A DNA stretch of 64,000 nt, taken from Octopus sinensis (lineage: Eukaryota). This document shows, one piece after another, positions 49,912-62,964 of this stretch; position 1 is the first letter of the stretch; the number at the start of each line of letters is the position of its first letter. The notes under the pieces are model-generated. The model searched no databases, was not told the DNA's origin, and saw only the letters and a program-made list of their open reading frames with translations. The stretch is taken from contig NC_043002.1 of the NCBI RefSeq assembly GCF_006345805.1, positions 59,210,001 through 59,274,000 of the forward strand, given 5' to 3'. The translations under genes were made by a program, and so were the position numbers.

Positions 49912-50080
49912 TAGGCATAGACGTGGTTTGTAGTTAAGAAACTCGCTTTTGCAGCCACGTGGTTTCGGCTGTGGTCCACTGTGCGTCACTTCCGGCAAGT
50001 GTCTTTTACTATGGCCTGGGGGTCGACTAACGTCTTGTGAGTGAATTTGGTAGAGGAAAACTCTGTGGAATCCTGTCATA
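49912..50080 (+). mobile_element. SINE family A, degenerate 5' half
   Basis: ggcatagacgtggtttgtagttaagaaactcgc...cttgtgagtgaatttggtagaggaaaac. Confidence 0.65.
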
Positions 50081-50575
50081 TAGATATATGTGTGCTTATG
50101 TATGTATGTGGATGAGTGTTTGCGTGTGTGTGTGTATGTGTGTGTGTGTGTGTATGTGGTGTGTGTGTGTGTATGTGTGTGTGATTGTGTTATTGTGTGG
50201 TGGGATCCAGAAATTCTAGTCTCACTGATGGCTACTGCAGCTAAATCTAATGGTCTAAAATTGTTCATCAGGTCTTCTTCATGCAAACACAAAATCTTCA
50301 AAGCTCCAAGATATTTAAAACCTATAGGCTATTCCAATAGGTAAACATTATAATATGTAACCCGCTTCCCTTACCCGTCTACAAATCCTCTTCATACTAA
50401 AAGCCAAAGTTATAGCTTCCAACTTAAACTTTACTATAATTATTTAAAAGTTATACACTTATGAACTACAAGACGTACAAAAAGTTTCAGACTAAGAACC
50501 AATCTGCAGAATCACTCACATGGAGTAATAGGGTTCCTAATACAAATACCCGCTTAAAAACGTGTATACAAAGTA

Positions 50576-50617
<42 letters not shown>

Positions 50618-50620
<3 letters not shown>

Positions 50621-51110
50621 GTTAGCAACTAAGTTTCCGCCATTTTAATAAACTTAAATGTTTTAAAAGGTTTAATAAAAAATAACAGCTAATTAATCAA
50701 TAATGTATCCACCCTTGTTGTTCACAACTTCTTCCCAACGTTCAGCAAGATTTTCAATACCTCGTTAGTAGAAATCACCCGATTTCGACTCGAATACTTC
50801 AGCGAACCAAGCTCTCAATTCTGCATCAGTATTGAACGAAACTCCGTGCATACCATTTGAACGAAATCGAAAGAGGTGGAAATCCGTTGGTGCCAAATCA
50901 GTAGAGTACGGCGGGGGTGGCAGCACTTCCCAGCCATGCGTTTGAATGGCTTCTTTGGTCATATTGGCGATATGAGGGCGGGCGTTGTCATGCAGCAGAA
51001 GAACTCCATGCTGCCGATGAGGTCTTTTATCTTGAACAGCCGTGTTGAGTCGTTCCATCTGTTGAACATAGAGGTCTTTCGCAAAAGACCGTTCAAAATT
51101 GCTTAAAAGA
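50618..51110 (-). mobile_element. Mariner 3' half (DD34D)
   Basis: TIR tattgggttagcaactaagtttcc; LLHDNARPH...WEVLPPPPYSTDLAPTDFHLF, 34-residue D-D spacing. Confidence 0.9.
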
Positions 51111-51538
51111 ATCAAATAATATCAGCTTCTGTTCAACCTTAGTCTGACGTATGCTGGGCAACCACCAAATTCATCGACAGAGATTCCTTTGAAAACCCTA
51201 AAACTCAGCAAGAAACAGCTATCTATACACAGAAAATCATGATATGAATCTGACACGTCTGAATTTGTTTCACCTTTTTATACAGTTACTTCCACGCGTC
51301 ATCGAATCCTACACAATAGCACAATTCCCACATAACAAGAAACAATCTGCTCACAATAACTTTCTATAAGCTCACGCCCTACAAACACACTTTTCTCTTA
51401 TCCTCTTCTATCACATCTTCCTACACGTCTACTTCACCGACTTACTAACATAACACCTAATTATTATTTCACATAGCTCCACCTAACACGCAAAAAGCAA
51501 CACAAGACAGTAAAACGTCAAAAGAACCAATATAACAC

Positions 51539-51582
51539 ACAGTCGGACGAAGGCGAGTAAACCGAAACTTCGAAGTCATTGT
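51539..51582 (+). ncRNA. Minimal type-I hammerhead-like motif (core CGGACGA, U4G)
   Basis: acagt CGGACGA A GG cgagtaaa CC GAA ACTTCGAAGT C attgt: perfect 10-nt palindromic stem III, GUC triplet, 5-bp stem I. AATAAA follows about 25 nt later. Confidence 0.6.
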
Positions 51583-51799
51583 CAACTCTTTTTCTTGTAA
51601 AAGTTTAATAAATATGCGTTTTACTAAAATGTATTGAGTAATCTTTCAGGTGTCGTGTGTATATATATATATATATTATATATATATATAATATATATAT
51701 ATATTATATATATATATATTATATATATATATATATATTATAGTATATATATGTATATATATATATGTGTATATATATGTGTGTATATATATGTGTATG

Positions 51800-51855
<56 letters not shown>

Positions 51856-51889
51856 CATATTATTTTATATTTTATATTTCTATTTCCTT

Positions 51890-53105
51890 GTCTATTTTAT
51901 TTACTATATATTTTTCACACGGTTGAGTGAACATGTTTAATTAAAATCAAGGCAGACTAAATTTAATCTGTCTGGTCGAAGAGTGGACAGGGGTCGTTTG
52001 TATGTAATCCAATGGTTAAAATTTAGGTTGTTAGCTGTGTAGTTTCCTCATGGTAAGTGGCAGAATGGATTTTGTGTGGGAATAGTTATTTGTGTATGTA
52101 CTCTGTTAAAGTTTGTTTTGGTTTGTACTTTTGTATGAGAGTATTTTCTTTGTTTATCTGTCCTTTATCTGTGGTATTCGTTGAACATAGGTGAAGTGAG
52201 AAGACCTGGAATTTGGGAGACTTATTTTTTGCACATATATCTATGTGACCCCTCAGTGACATCTGTCTAGTATTGGGATCTCGTATTTGTCTTCGGTGAA
52301 TGGTCAGTCTATTTTTTAGAGTACGTTTTGTTTGACCTATGTAATCTTCATTACATCCTTGACATTTGATAGTGCATATTAAATTTCTTGAAGAATATAT
52401 AAAGTGATATTTTACGGAAAAAGTCTGTCCTGATTTGAATTTGTATATTGTGTCTTCAATAAAGCTGATGCAGGTCCCGCAATTGGGTGGCCACATTTTT
52501 GATTGTTGGTGTAGGAATTGTGGAAGGTAATTTCGCACATGTAAGGAATTTCTTGAGGGATTTCAATTGTCTTTTATTTTTGATTACTTTGTGTATTTCG
52601 AATGCTCATTTCATTCTTGGATGTTGTTTTAGTAGTGGGATGTTCTGTTAGATAATATTGTAACTCTCTGTGTTTCTTGGGTAGTGTGTTGTAATAAAGG
52701 GTAGATTATTGGATGTATCTGGAGTTCTTCTCATTTTTCATAGTTCTTCGATATTTATTGCTTTGGCACATTCTTATCTGTTGTCTATTAACATTAATGG
52801 ATATTGTCTTTTAAGTAGTACTTGTTTTAGTTCTTGGAGTATTTTATTGCGAGTTTTGGGGCTTGAAACAATTGTACAAATTCTTCTTGGTAGATTGAAG
52901 GGGATATTATTCTTCGTGTGTTTGGGATCGCAAGAGGAGAACAGTAGGTATTGTTTAGAATCTGTTTGTTTGTGGTGAATATCTGTTTCAATGTTTTTAT
53001 CTCTTTTGATGATTAGTATATCCAGGAATGGTTGTTGAGTTTTGATGCATTCCGTGGTAAGGTTAATATTATTGAATATGCTGTTGATTAGATTTTTAAA
53101 ACCTA
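51890..53105 (-). mobile_element. Penelope-like element 3' part (RT thumb plus GIY-YIG endonuclease), degenerate
   Basis: NLICTIKCQGCNEDYIGQTKRTLKNRLTIH (GIY-YIG with CxxC); upstream YHKQTDSKQYLLFSSCDPKHTKNNIPFNL. Confidence 0.9.
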
Positions 53106-53152
53106 TAAGCTGTTTAAAATGTGCCCGTTCATAGGATTAGGCAGTCATCTAA

Positions 53153-53236
<84 letters not shown>

Positions 53237-53699
53237 GTATATATATGTATATATATGTATATTATATATATATATATACATATATACATATATATACATA
53301 CATATATATATACATATAATAATATAAATAATATATATGCATATATACATACATACATGTACATACCTATGTATATATGTATGTATACATGCATATATGG
53401 GTATAGGACATCAAAAAAACGTTGAACACAATGAGAAATGAAAACATAAAACAAAAACATAGAAACGAACTTTTTTTCGAACAACAAAAAAAAACCTAAC
53501 AGAGAAACGAGACATGCAACATAAAGAATATTCCCCTTCTTCAGTTGTCGCTGTTTCATCTACTCCACGTTTCGAAGGCATATATGTATATAATGTGTAT
53601 AATATATTATATTATATATAATATATATATATATTATATATATATTATATATATATATATACATGCATATATATATATGTATATATATATATATGCATA

Positions 53700-53746
<47 letters not shown>

Positions 53747-53872
53747 ATGTGTGTGTGTGTGTGTATTACGTCTTCGCGTTGTTTTTTGTTTGTTCTTCAT
53801 TTTGGGATTTACTATATATATATACATGCATAAATGCATATATATATATAAATATATATATATAAACATACT

Positions 53873-54149
53873 CAAAATAAGTAACAAGGATATCCAAAGG
53901 TAATGCAATACGATCGTTTCATGCGACTTCATTTAATTAAACAATGCAAGTATTACATCAGTTTTAAAATGTAGAGCAATCTTCAGCTGCATATGGAATT
54001 TTTAGCTAAATTGAAAAGATTCATTTTTATACTTATTCCATTTACCAACATCACAAAAAAGTAATTAGATAGACAGATTGTTTAATTAAATGAAGTCGCA
54101 TGAAACGATCGTACTGCATTACATTTGGATATCTTTGTTGCTTATTTTG
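53873..54149. repeat. 73-bp inverted repeat with a 131-bp spacer
   Basis: 53873-53945 versus 54077-54149, 4 mismatches. Confidence 0.9.
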
Positions 54150-54304
54150 ATTGTAATCACCCAATTTGAATTATATGAATAATACCATACCAAATTCTGG
54201 TGCCTTTATTTAAGTACCATATTCAACTGAATCTAAATTTTTACTGAACTTATAATAAAATATATGTATATATGTATACATACATACATTCATGCATATA
54301 TATG

Positions 54305-54389
<85 letters not shown>

Positions 54390-54391
<2 letters not shown>

Positions 54392-54815
54392 CGCAGGAGT
54401 GTGTTGTGTGGTAAGTAGCTTGCTAACCAATCACATGGTTCCGGGTTCAGTCCCACTGGTGGCACCTTGGGCAAGTGTCTTCTACTATTAGCCTCGGGCC
54501 GACCAAAGCCTTGTGAGTGGATTTGGTAGACGGAAACTGAAAGAAGCCCGTCGTATATATGTATATATATATATATGCGTGTGTGTATTTGTGTGTCTGT
54601 GTTTGTCCCCCTAGCATTGCTTGACAGCCGATGCTGGTGTGTTTATGTCCCCGTTACTTAGCGGTTCGGCAAAAGAGACCGATAGAATAAGTACTGGGCT
54701 TACAAAAGAATAAGTCCCGGGGTCGATTTGCACGATTAAAGGCGGTGCTCGAGCATGACCGCAGTCAACAAGTAAAAGAGTAAAAGAGTAAAAACAAGTA
54801 AAAGAGTAAAAGAGT
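54390..54815 (+). mobile_element. SINE family A, best-preserved copy
   Basis: ggcgcaggagtg..tgtgtggtaagtagcttgc..ccgggttcagtccc head, internal (TA/TG)n, (GTAAAAGA)n tail. Confidence 0.92.
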
Positions 54816-55045
54816 ATATATATTATTATATATATATATGGTGGCTATTAAGTTAGACATGGCCTGGCCCAAGAATGGCCGAAAACCTATCAAAGTATCA
54901 AAGTAATATATATATATATATATATATAATATATATATATTAATATATATATATATATATATATCTATATATATACCAGCATCTTTTATATTTACCGATT
55001 TGTGTCCCTATATTTTCGAACAAGGGAATATAACCGAACTGTTAT

Positions 55046-55090
55046 TCTGTGCCGATGAAAGGAAATAACCCGGAAATCGCGATACACAGA
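55046..55090 (+). ncRNA. Minimal type-I hammerhead-like motif (core CCGAUGA, U4C)
   Basis: tctgtg CCGATGA aa GG aaataa CC cg GAA ATCGCGAT A cacaga: 6-bp stem I, 8-nt palindromic stem III, AUA triplet. It lies between 31-bp inverted repeats (55002-55032 / 55117-55147). Confidence 0.58.
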
Positions 55091-55438
55091 TATTGTTTTG
55101 AGCTGAGTGGGGGTGCTAGATTCCCTTGTTCGAAAATATGAGGACGCAGATCGTGTCGTATAGCCAGCTGGAGACAATGTCTCCTGGGGCTAAATTACAG
55201 TAAACAATCTTTACTCCAACGTGCTCTTGCTGAATATCTCTCGTTGTGAGATTTAAAAATAGTAATTTTCCAAATCGACTTTAGTACTTAAATTCTTAAA
55301 GACTAGTACATATTCTTTTGGTCTCTTTTGCCAAACTGCAACGCTACAGGGTCGTAAACAAACCAGCATGGGTTGTCAAGCGGCAGTGGAAGACACATCA
55401 CAAACTCAGACACACATACATAAAAAACATAAGTATAT

Positions 55439-55476
<38 letters not shown>

Positions 55477-55540
55477 ACACCCCCCCAGTGCCTAGCCACA
55501 TTCAGATGGCTGATACCCCTTACGTTATATATATATTATT

Positions 55541-56686
55541 ATCTATATAAACGGCAGTTTGTCTGTCTGTGTGTCAGGTTGTACCCTCACCCTGACCACA
55601 GCTTTCAACCGATTCTGATGAAACTTGACACACACATAGCCCAATGTCATAATTCAAAACTAACGCAGCGAAAATTTTGAAAAGTTCCCCCAGTTCTGAA
55701 AAAAAGCGATAAATTCGACATGGGGTCGAGAATCTAAGCTTTTTATATGCAACACATTTTCTGTTGTAGTTTTCGCAACTTGGAATCGATTTTCACCAAA
55801 CTCATGGTGAAGCTTAATGCTACCCTAAGAAACTTGATTCTGACGTTAGTTTTCCATGCAATACCTTACCATCAGAAAAATCGATAAAATCATGCCACTT
55901 TGGGAAATCGCGTTCAAATTCAAGATGACACATTTTCGACAATATCTTTCACAAATTGGCAGGATTTTTTAAAAAAATTCACAGCGAGCATCATGTCTGC
56001 TCCAAGGAGCTATATGGCCCTTCTTATTCCAATAGGATACTTTATTACTGGAAAAAATCGGTTAATTAAATCCTATGTGGCACACATAGCAAACCGATTT
56101 GTGTATTAAACACAAACCACAGACTTTCTAGGGGACGCAACTCGACATTTTTAACTCTCGGAACACGTGGAGTAAGTATCCCAAAATGTATAAAAATGTA
56201 CAAAAACGGCAAAAAAAGCGGGCGGCAATGTGAGTGACAACAACGAAAAAGTCAAAAGTGACCAAACTGAACAAACGAATGGAAAAGGTTTTTTGATGCA
56301 CACGACAAAAGCGGTTTATGATAAACCAAGAGTTTGCAAGTAGCGTCCGAGGGCCCTTAGGGTACGTCAAAAATTTAAGGTAAAACGTTTGGGGTGGTAG
56401 TTATAAAGAAAGTTTAAACAAAAAAAATATTCGAATAACTTGCGGCTGCAGCAGCTATTAGCAGAAGTGGCGGTGTTGGGGGTACAGTCTCGAATGTAAT
56501 TTCTTCCTGGTAGGAATTGGTTGGGTTGAATTATCGATAGCTGTTTGATAGTTATTTGGGAGTGAAGAGCAGACATTGCAACCTACACACGCACCTTCGT
56601 TCCCTAGAGGGAAAGGACTAGATTGGGAATAGTCATTGCCTACTAGGGGTTCTTACATACCCGGGCAACGCCGGGCTATGCTGCTA

Positions 56687-56688
<2 letters not shown>
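55541..56688 (+). mobile_element. Helentron/DINE-1-like element
   Basis: 5' atctatataa..gtctgtctgtgtg..caaccgattctgatgaaacttg; 3' hairpin CCCGG-gcaacg-CCGGG (56660-56675) then gctag. Confidence 0.7.
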
Positions 56689-56736
<48 letters not shown>

Positions 56737-56761
56737 AATAATATATTCCACACAACACCAG

Positions 56762-56925
56762 AGGCTTCATTTAGTTTCTGTGTATCAAGTCCTACTCACA
56801 ATGCTGTGGTCGGCCCGGGGCTATATTAGAAGACACTTGCCCAAGATGCTGCTACGATGTAGAACTGAACCCGGAGCCATGTAGTTGAGGAGCAAGCTTT
56901 TTAATCACAAACTCACGCCTGTGCC
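56762..56925 (-). mobile_element. SINE family A, 5' half
   Basis: gtcggcccggggctatattagaagacacttgcccaag...gaacccggagccatgt. Confidence 0.7.
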
Positions 56926-57747
56926 TTTGTATAGCTGTTCGGTAAAAGAGAAACCGATTGAACACATGGAAGATATGAAACGAATACTGATTACTTGGGT
57001 CGTCGCTTAGCCCTATCAGCGAGTCAGTGCTCCAGCATGGCCACAGTTCAATGACTGAAAGAAGTATAAAATTAAAAGAATAAATAATTTCCATGTCCTA
57101 AGCGGTTGATAAATTCAATGTCGATGACCCCCCAGCTAGATTCGAAACTAGAATGCAAAGTAACGCAGTTAGGGACTACAAATGCATTTAGTCCTCCCCA
57201 CCACCACTGCCTGTCTCTCTGTGCCTCTATCGCTCTGTCTCGGTCTCTCTGCGCCTCAATAGCTCTGTCACTTTCTCTCTTTCTATCGTTGTCTTCTCGT
57301 CAATATAGTTCTCTTAAGAAACAAAATCGATAATTCTCGCTGAGTTCTAATTTGTGAAGCTGGTTTAGTCATGTTACATTCCGTATTTAGGATTTTAAAG
57401 TTGCTGCCATTGGAGATTCCGCAAGACTCTATCAACGTTACTACCTAATGGACTAAGCGGAAAATTCTCTTCTTTTTCACCTACTCTTTCACATACATAT
57501 AAGCACATTGCGCGCGCTCACGAACACATATGCATATACATGCGGGCATATACACACACATACGAACATATGCTGAAACTTGGAATCTATTTAACTTGAT
57601 GGGAACAGACAAGATAAATGTTACAGATATCAGCGCACAACTGGATAAAAGCTTTGCACACGCGTATACACGTGTATAGATAGAGACAGACTGGAAATAA
57701 CACTCGTGCAAAATACACTCAAACAAACACACAGTTATGTATTACTG

Positions 57748-58520
57748 CAGGGCGCGGGGAATAAACTGTCGTCTAAATTACGCAAAAATGAAAATAGCAC
57801 TGACATCTCATTTTAACAGATATATTTACCAAACTTACATAAAAATGTTTTGAAATACTTAAGAGTAAATTTACTCAATAAAGTCTCCATTGGCTTCAAC
57901 TACGGCTTCCAGACGACTTCGGAATCTCCTGCAACTCTTCAGGACGGTCTCCTTGTTTTAGTTTGTGAATGCTGCCATAATCCCTGCCTTCAGTTCATCT
58001 TTGGTGTTACAAGGAGTTTTGTTGGTTTCTCGCTCAACTGCGCCCCCCACCCACATAATAATGAAAGGGGTTGCAGTCTGGGGAGTTAGGTGGCCAGATG
58101 TTAGGAGAGATGTGGTCGCAGAAATTGTCTGACAGCCATAACTGGGTTCCCTTGCTTGTTTGGCATGATGCAGAGTTCTGTTGCCAGACATATGGTCTTC
58201 TAGCAGCTACCCTCTTGACCCAGGGCAGCACTACCTTCTCTAGGCACTTTACGTAGCCCTTCGTAATGAGTCTGAGGACGTGTGAGGAGATGAATGGAGG
58301 CATAGCGTCGCCATCACGAGTAATCGCTCCAAACATCATGATGTTGACTGCATGTTTGGTTTTTATCACTCTCGGTACATGTCCTCAGATTGCACTGTTC
58401 TCAGATTCTGAAATGTTCGCATTGGAGCTTCCGGCACAAATACCGAGCAGTACAGCATGTCGTTTCCAAATTTCTGGCGTCATTGTGCTGTTTTTCTCAC
58501 AGACAGTGCTCAACTGACCC
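57748..58520 (-). mobile_element. Tc1/mariner (maT/DD37D-like) relic with internal deletion
   Basis: TIR cagggcgcggggaataaactgtcg; VWQQNSASCQ...WPPNSPDCNPFHYY..AVER; RFRSRLEAVVEANGDFIE. Confidence 0.85.
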
Positions 58521-58659
58521 TACTATATTATGTAGTCGACAAAATCAAAAACAAACAATGTGCATGCACGAAATTAAAAAATCTAAAAAAAAAAAAAATA
58601 AAGGCGACAATTTACCCATCGCAACCCGTGATAATATTAATACAGACTATTTTATACCG

Positions 58660-58878
58660 TTTACTTGTTTCAATCATTAGACTGCGGCCATGCTGTAGCA
58701 CCACCTTGAAGAATTCTAGTCGAACAAATCGACCCCAGTACTTACTTTCTTTTGAAGCCTGACCTCGTAGTTATTTTTTGCAAGACTCTTTGGCTGTATC
58801 GCTAGGTATCGGGGATGTAAACGAACCAACACTGGCTGTTGGTTGGTGATTGGGTGGAACAAACACAAAGACACACAA

Positions 58879-58913
<35 letters not shown>

Positions 58914-59516
58914 TAAGGGCTCCTAAATAAAGATGCCGAGTGCTGGGAACACAAAAAGGGGATGAATTTATCGAGAGTGAAAATCAAAAACGTTTACCGA
59001 TAACTTTAACAACTCGTACCGCGGTTTCTGCTTCTTTCTAGCAAAACACAGAATATGTTTGCTAAGGCCAGCTTCATCAGCGAGTCGCCTGAATTTAATC
59101 GAGGTCTGCAGCGATGTGGGACTATGTGTTAAACCCGACTACTAGCAGATCTTAACTTTTCAAATCTCTGCGCAGACGCAAAATTTACACGGGCATGCCG
59201 GAAGAATTTTACGAATAAATTCATCATGTAGTATGCGAATATAAACAAGAAGGGTAGTAATATTATTTACTACCAGGTGCCCAGCACAAAAGACGAATTA
59301 GTCATAAGACAAAAATATTATTCATATAGAAAAATATTATTCATGTAGTTATACAATTAAGGGCTCCTAAATAAAGATGCCGAGTGCTGGGAACACAAAA
59401 AGGGGATATAATATTTTTCTATATGAATAATATTTTTGTCTTATGACTAATTCGTCTTTTGTGCTGGGCACCTGGTAGTAAATAATATTACTACCCTTCT
59501 TGTAATATATATATAT

Positions 59517-59605
<89 letters not shown>

Positions 59606-59800
59606 CACACACACACACACACATATATATATATGCACACAGACGACGGGATTCTTTCAGTTTCCGCCTACCAAATTTACTGACAAGGTTTTGGCCGGCT
59701 CGAGTCTACAGTAGATGACACTTGACCAAGTTTTCACGCTGTGGTTGAACCCGGAACCGTATGGTTGGGAAGCAAGGTTCGTACCACTCAGTCACGCCCA
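58660..59800 (-). mobile_element. SINE family A split by an insertion into its internal (TA)n (3' half 58660-58880, 5' half 59640-59800)
   Basis: The two halves are collinear on the minus strand and abut the (TA)n tracts flanking 58906-59503. Confidence 0.7.
58906..59503. mobile_element. ORF-less element with a 58-bp exact direct repeat and a 96-bp perfect inverted repeat (Penelope-like architecture)
   Basis: 58906-58963 equals 59350-59407; 59245-59340 equals the reverse complement of 59408-59503. Confidence 0.8.
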
Positions 59801-59999
59801 ATATATAAATATATAATAATGAAAATGTGGCACGGGGTGGGGGAGACGACGACAAGCTCACCGCCTGCACGCACATCCCCTTCCCCCCACAGAAACACAC
59901 AGATTTTCAGTATTCAACTGGTACTCATTTTATCCACTTGGAAAGGATGAAAGGCAAAGTCGATCTCAGCAGCATTTGAACTCGGAACCTAAAGTTCGA

Positions 60000-60345
60000 A
60001 GAAGCAGAAGTAGTGGGGGAGCATCATAGCCATGTGTTGAGAGGGATTCTTTGGGGTTTGGATAATTCACCTCTGGAAACATGAGTGTTTCGTTCAACAT
60101 CCTTAAACAACCCTTATTCAGGGACCCTTTGAGCAGGATGGGCTACTCTACCTGAAGAAAATTCTAACTGGGCCCTACCTACAAGGGCATGTGCTGTTTA
60201 TCTTGATATGAGATCACCATGTCGCGCACATTTGGTTGTGATGCCTGTGTCTAGCTTTCCCTTATCAGGGGGGTAGTCATGATGGGTATACTGGGCTTCG
60301 TATATTTTACCCCAGTGTCACTTTGATGTCCTGCTCTCTCACTCA
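60000..60345 (+). mobile_element. 3' half of the TAA-tailed non-coding element
   Basis: Near-identical to 25075-25425; ends ctctctcactc-aataataat. Confidence 0.8.
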
Positions 60346-60512
<167 letters not shown>

Positions 60513-60553
60513 CGATGTATCAATACCATAATTTCTAATCGATGTATCAATAC

Positions 60554-60935
60554 CAAGATCTCCAAGGGAAAATTGCTTTCTAATCGATGTATCAATGCCA
60601 ACAGATGACAATATTTCTTTAAAAGAAATGGAGAAACATTCAAAATACAAAGACCTGGAAATAGAGGTAACTCGAATGTGGAATCTAAAAACAGAAACAA
60701 TTTCTATCATAGTAAGCACATTAGGTATGATAAAAAATATTCAAATAAATACATAACAAAAACACCAGGACTTATAAATATATATAACATACAGAACATA
60801 GCACTACTAGGCACCACACGCATCCTACGTAAAACACTTTCAATATAGTAATCATAAGAGCATCACAGCAAACCACAGCACATAGAGCTGCGCTCGGTAG
60901 AGCAGTTCAAGCACGTGATAAAAAGAAGACTACTG
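60554..60935 (+). mobile_element. 3' end of an RLE-type non-LTR element (R4/Dong-like)
   Basis: CFLIDVSMPTDDNISLKEMEKHSKYKDLEIEVTRMWNLKTETISIIVSTLG (restriction-like endonuclease); (TAA)n on both sides. Confidence 0.85.
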
Positions 60936-61010
60936 AATAATAATAATAATAATAATAACAACAACACCAACAACAATAATAATAACAACAACAATAATAA
61001 TAATAATAAC

Positions 61011-61082
<72 letters not shown>

Positions 61083-61100
61083 AATAATAATAAAAATAAA

Positions 61101-61133
<33 letters not shown>

Positions 61134-61159
61134 AATAATAACAATAATAATGATAATAA

Positions 61160-61470
61160 TTATAAGTTAATATGTCGGCATTGTAAAATCAAAACTGCCG
61201 ACAAATGGTATAAGCACCACCCTGAAGCTGTAACCGAGGGAGAAAATGTAATGATTCTTTGGGACTTCGCAGTACGTACAGACCGAACCACCGAAGCTAA
61301 TAAACCAGGTATTGTTGTGAAAGGCCAAAACCAATAAAGTCTGTTTCTTGATTGAAATGAGCATTCCTTGTGATCATAATATCTAGGCAAAAGAATTTGA
61401 CAAACTCAGGAAATATAAAGATTTACTGATTGAAATCGAAATAATGTGGGATCTCATGACGGTTACAATA
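61160..61470 (+). mobile_element. Second, diverged RLE-type non-LTR fragment
   Basis: WYKHHPEAVTEGENVMILWDFAVRTDRTTEANKPGIVV..KYKDLLIEIE. Confidence 0.8.
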
Positions 61471-62724
61471 CCAGGACAGATAAATGGTTAAACGAGACGA
61501 CCAATTTTCACTTATCAGTGACTTTGTTCTCTTTTTCTTGATTGAAACAATGATGATGTATCTTACATCAATGCCTGTTTTTTTATTTCGACATCGTAGT
61601 CATAAATCCACGTTTCTTCACCTTTTACGACGATTTTCAGAAAGCTTCCACCGATATCTAATCGATCTAAACTGCGATACAGTTTGATTGCTTTTGCTCA
61701 CCTGTCAGCATCCGCGGCGTACATTTTGTTGCAACAGAATGCATTTAAAATGTTTCATTAAAAATATTCGCTGTGGATTTGCATTCTAACTTGTATGATT
61801 AGTGATTGATTCCTTTTTAAGATTTCGTCTTAATCTGCACAGCTTTTACACGTGAATTTTCAAACTCAGGCTTTCTTGCCAGCAAATTTCTCAACAACCA
61901 TTCTCAATGATTTGTTTGGTGTTAGTTCTGTTTCCTTCCAATTATATTTGTCACCCAGTTTTAATACATATACACATAATTGCTTTGTTGATGATCATAT
62001 AATAACAGATTATTTTATGGTATTGATCATAACATCTGCATTTCTGAAGCCAGTCTACAGATTTCACTTCTAATTCTGCCACAAAGCCACCAATACTAAT
62101 TTCATTGATTTTTGATAATAACTGTAAAAAAATTATGTCTCAACATCACAGGATTTCTCTTTACCTCAAAATGTCTAATAAATTTTTTTATGAGTCTAAA
62201 AAATATACATTTTTACGTAATCTTTTGACATCATCAAAGCATTAGCCAATTTAAACATTTTACCATTAGTTCCATTAATAAAATATTTTAATTTTATTTC
62301 TTCGATGGTAATTTGGTTTAGATCGAAATAAGTTACCATTCTGATTTTTAAAAAAAATCGCTTTCCAAGGATTCTTTCCATGGAAAAATGTTGGAAAATT
62401 TCCTTTCTCTGTTTAAGAATCTGAACTTGTTCGTCCTGCATCTCTTTCAATTATTTGTAGTACCATATTTTCAAAAGATACTTAAAAAAAAAAAGATGCA
62501 ATATCAAAAATATTTCGACGCGAAAATTTTTTTCAAGTTTTTCGTTGCTGCATTTATTTGAAAGATATTTTGTTGCTATTTTTCTTTTTTAGCTTAATTT
62601 CATTTTGCTTTCCATTTTTTGTTGTGTATATTCCCTGGTCGGTCTGTGGCCTAGATTGCAAGAAAAAACGATTGTAAATTCTTTTATAACTTCCAGTAAT
62701 GCATAACATAATAATTGTTACTAC

Positions 62725-62900
62725 TGAAGGCACAAGACCCGAAATTTTTGGGGAGGTCCTCGAGTGACACTTGTTTTATCGACCCCGAAAGAATGAAAGG
62801 CAAACTCTACCTCGGTGATATTCGAACTCAAAACATAAAACCAGAAGACGTGATCTGAGCGTTTTGTACGGCGCAGCAACGATTCTGTCAGCTTATCGCT
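62725..62900 (-). mobile_element. SINE family B, degenerate
   Basis: aaggcacaagacccgaaattt...atcgaccccgaaagaatgaaaggcaaa. Another fragment is at 59905-59995. Confidence 0.7.
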
Positions 62901-62964
62901 CTTACCAGCTCACTGCTAATGAAAGCAAAGAAATAAATTTCAGTAATTAGGTCGCGCCACTGTA

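Noticed and set aside
62196-62450. 84-aa minus-strand ORF in non-microsatellite sequence
   Set aside because: No recognisable domain or consistent splice sites, AT-rich codons; possibly a decayed retroelement N-terminus, but unsupported.
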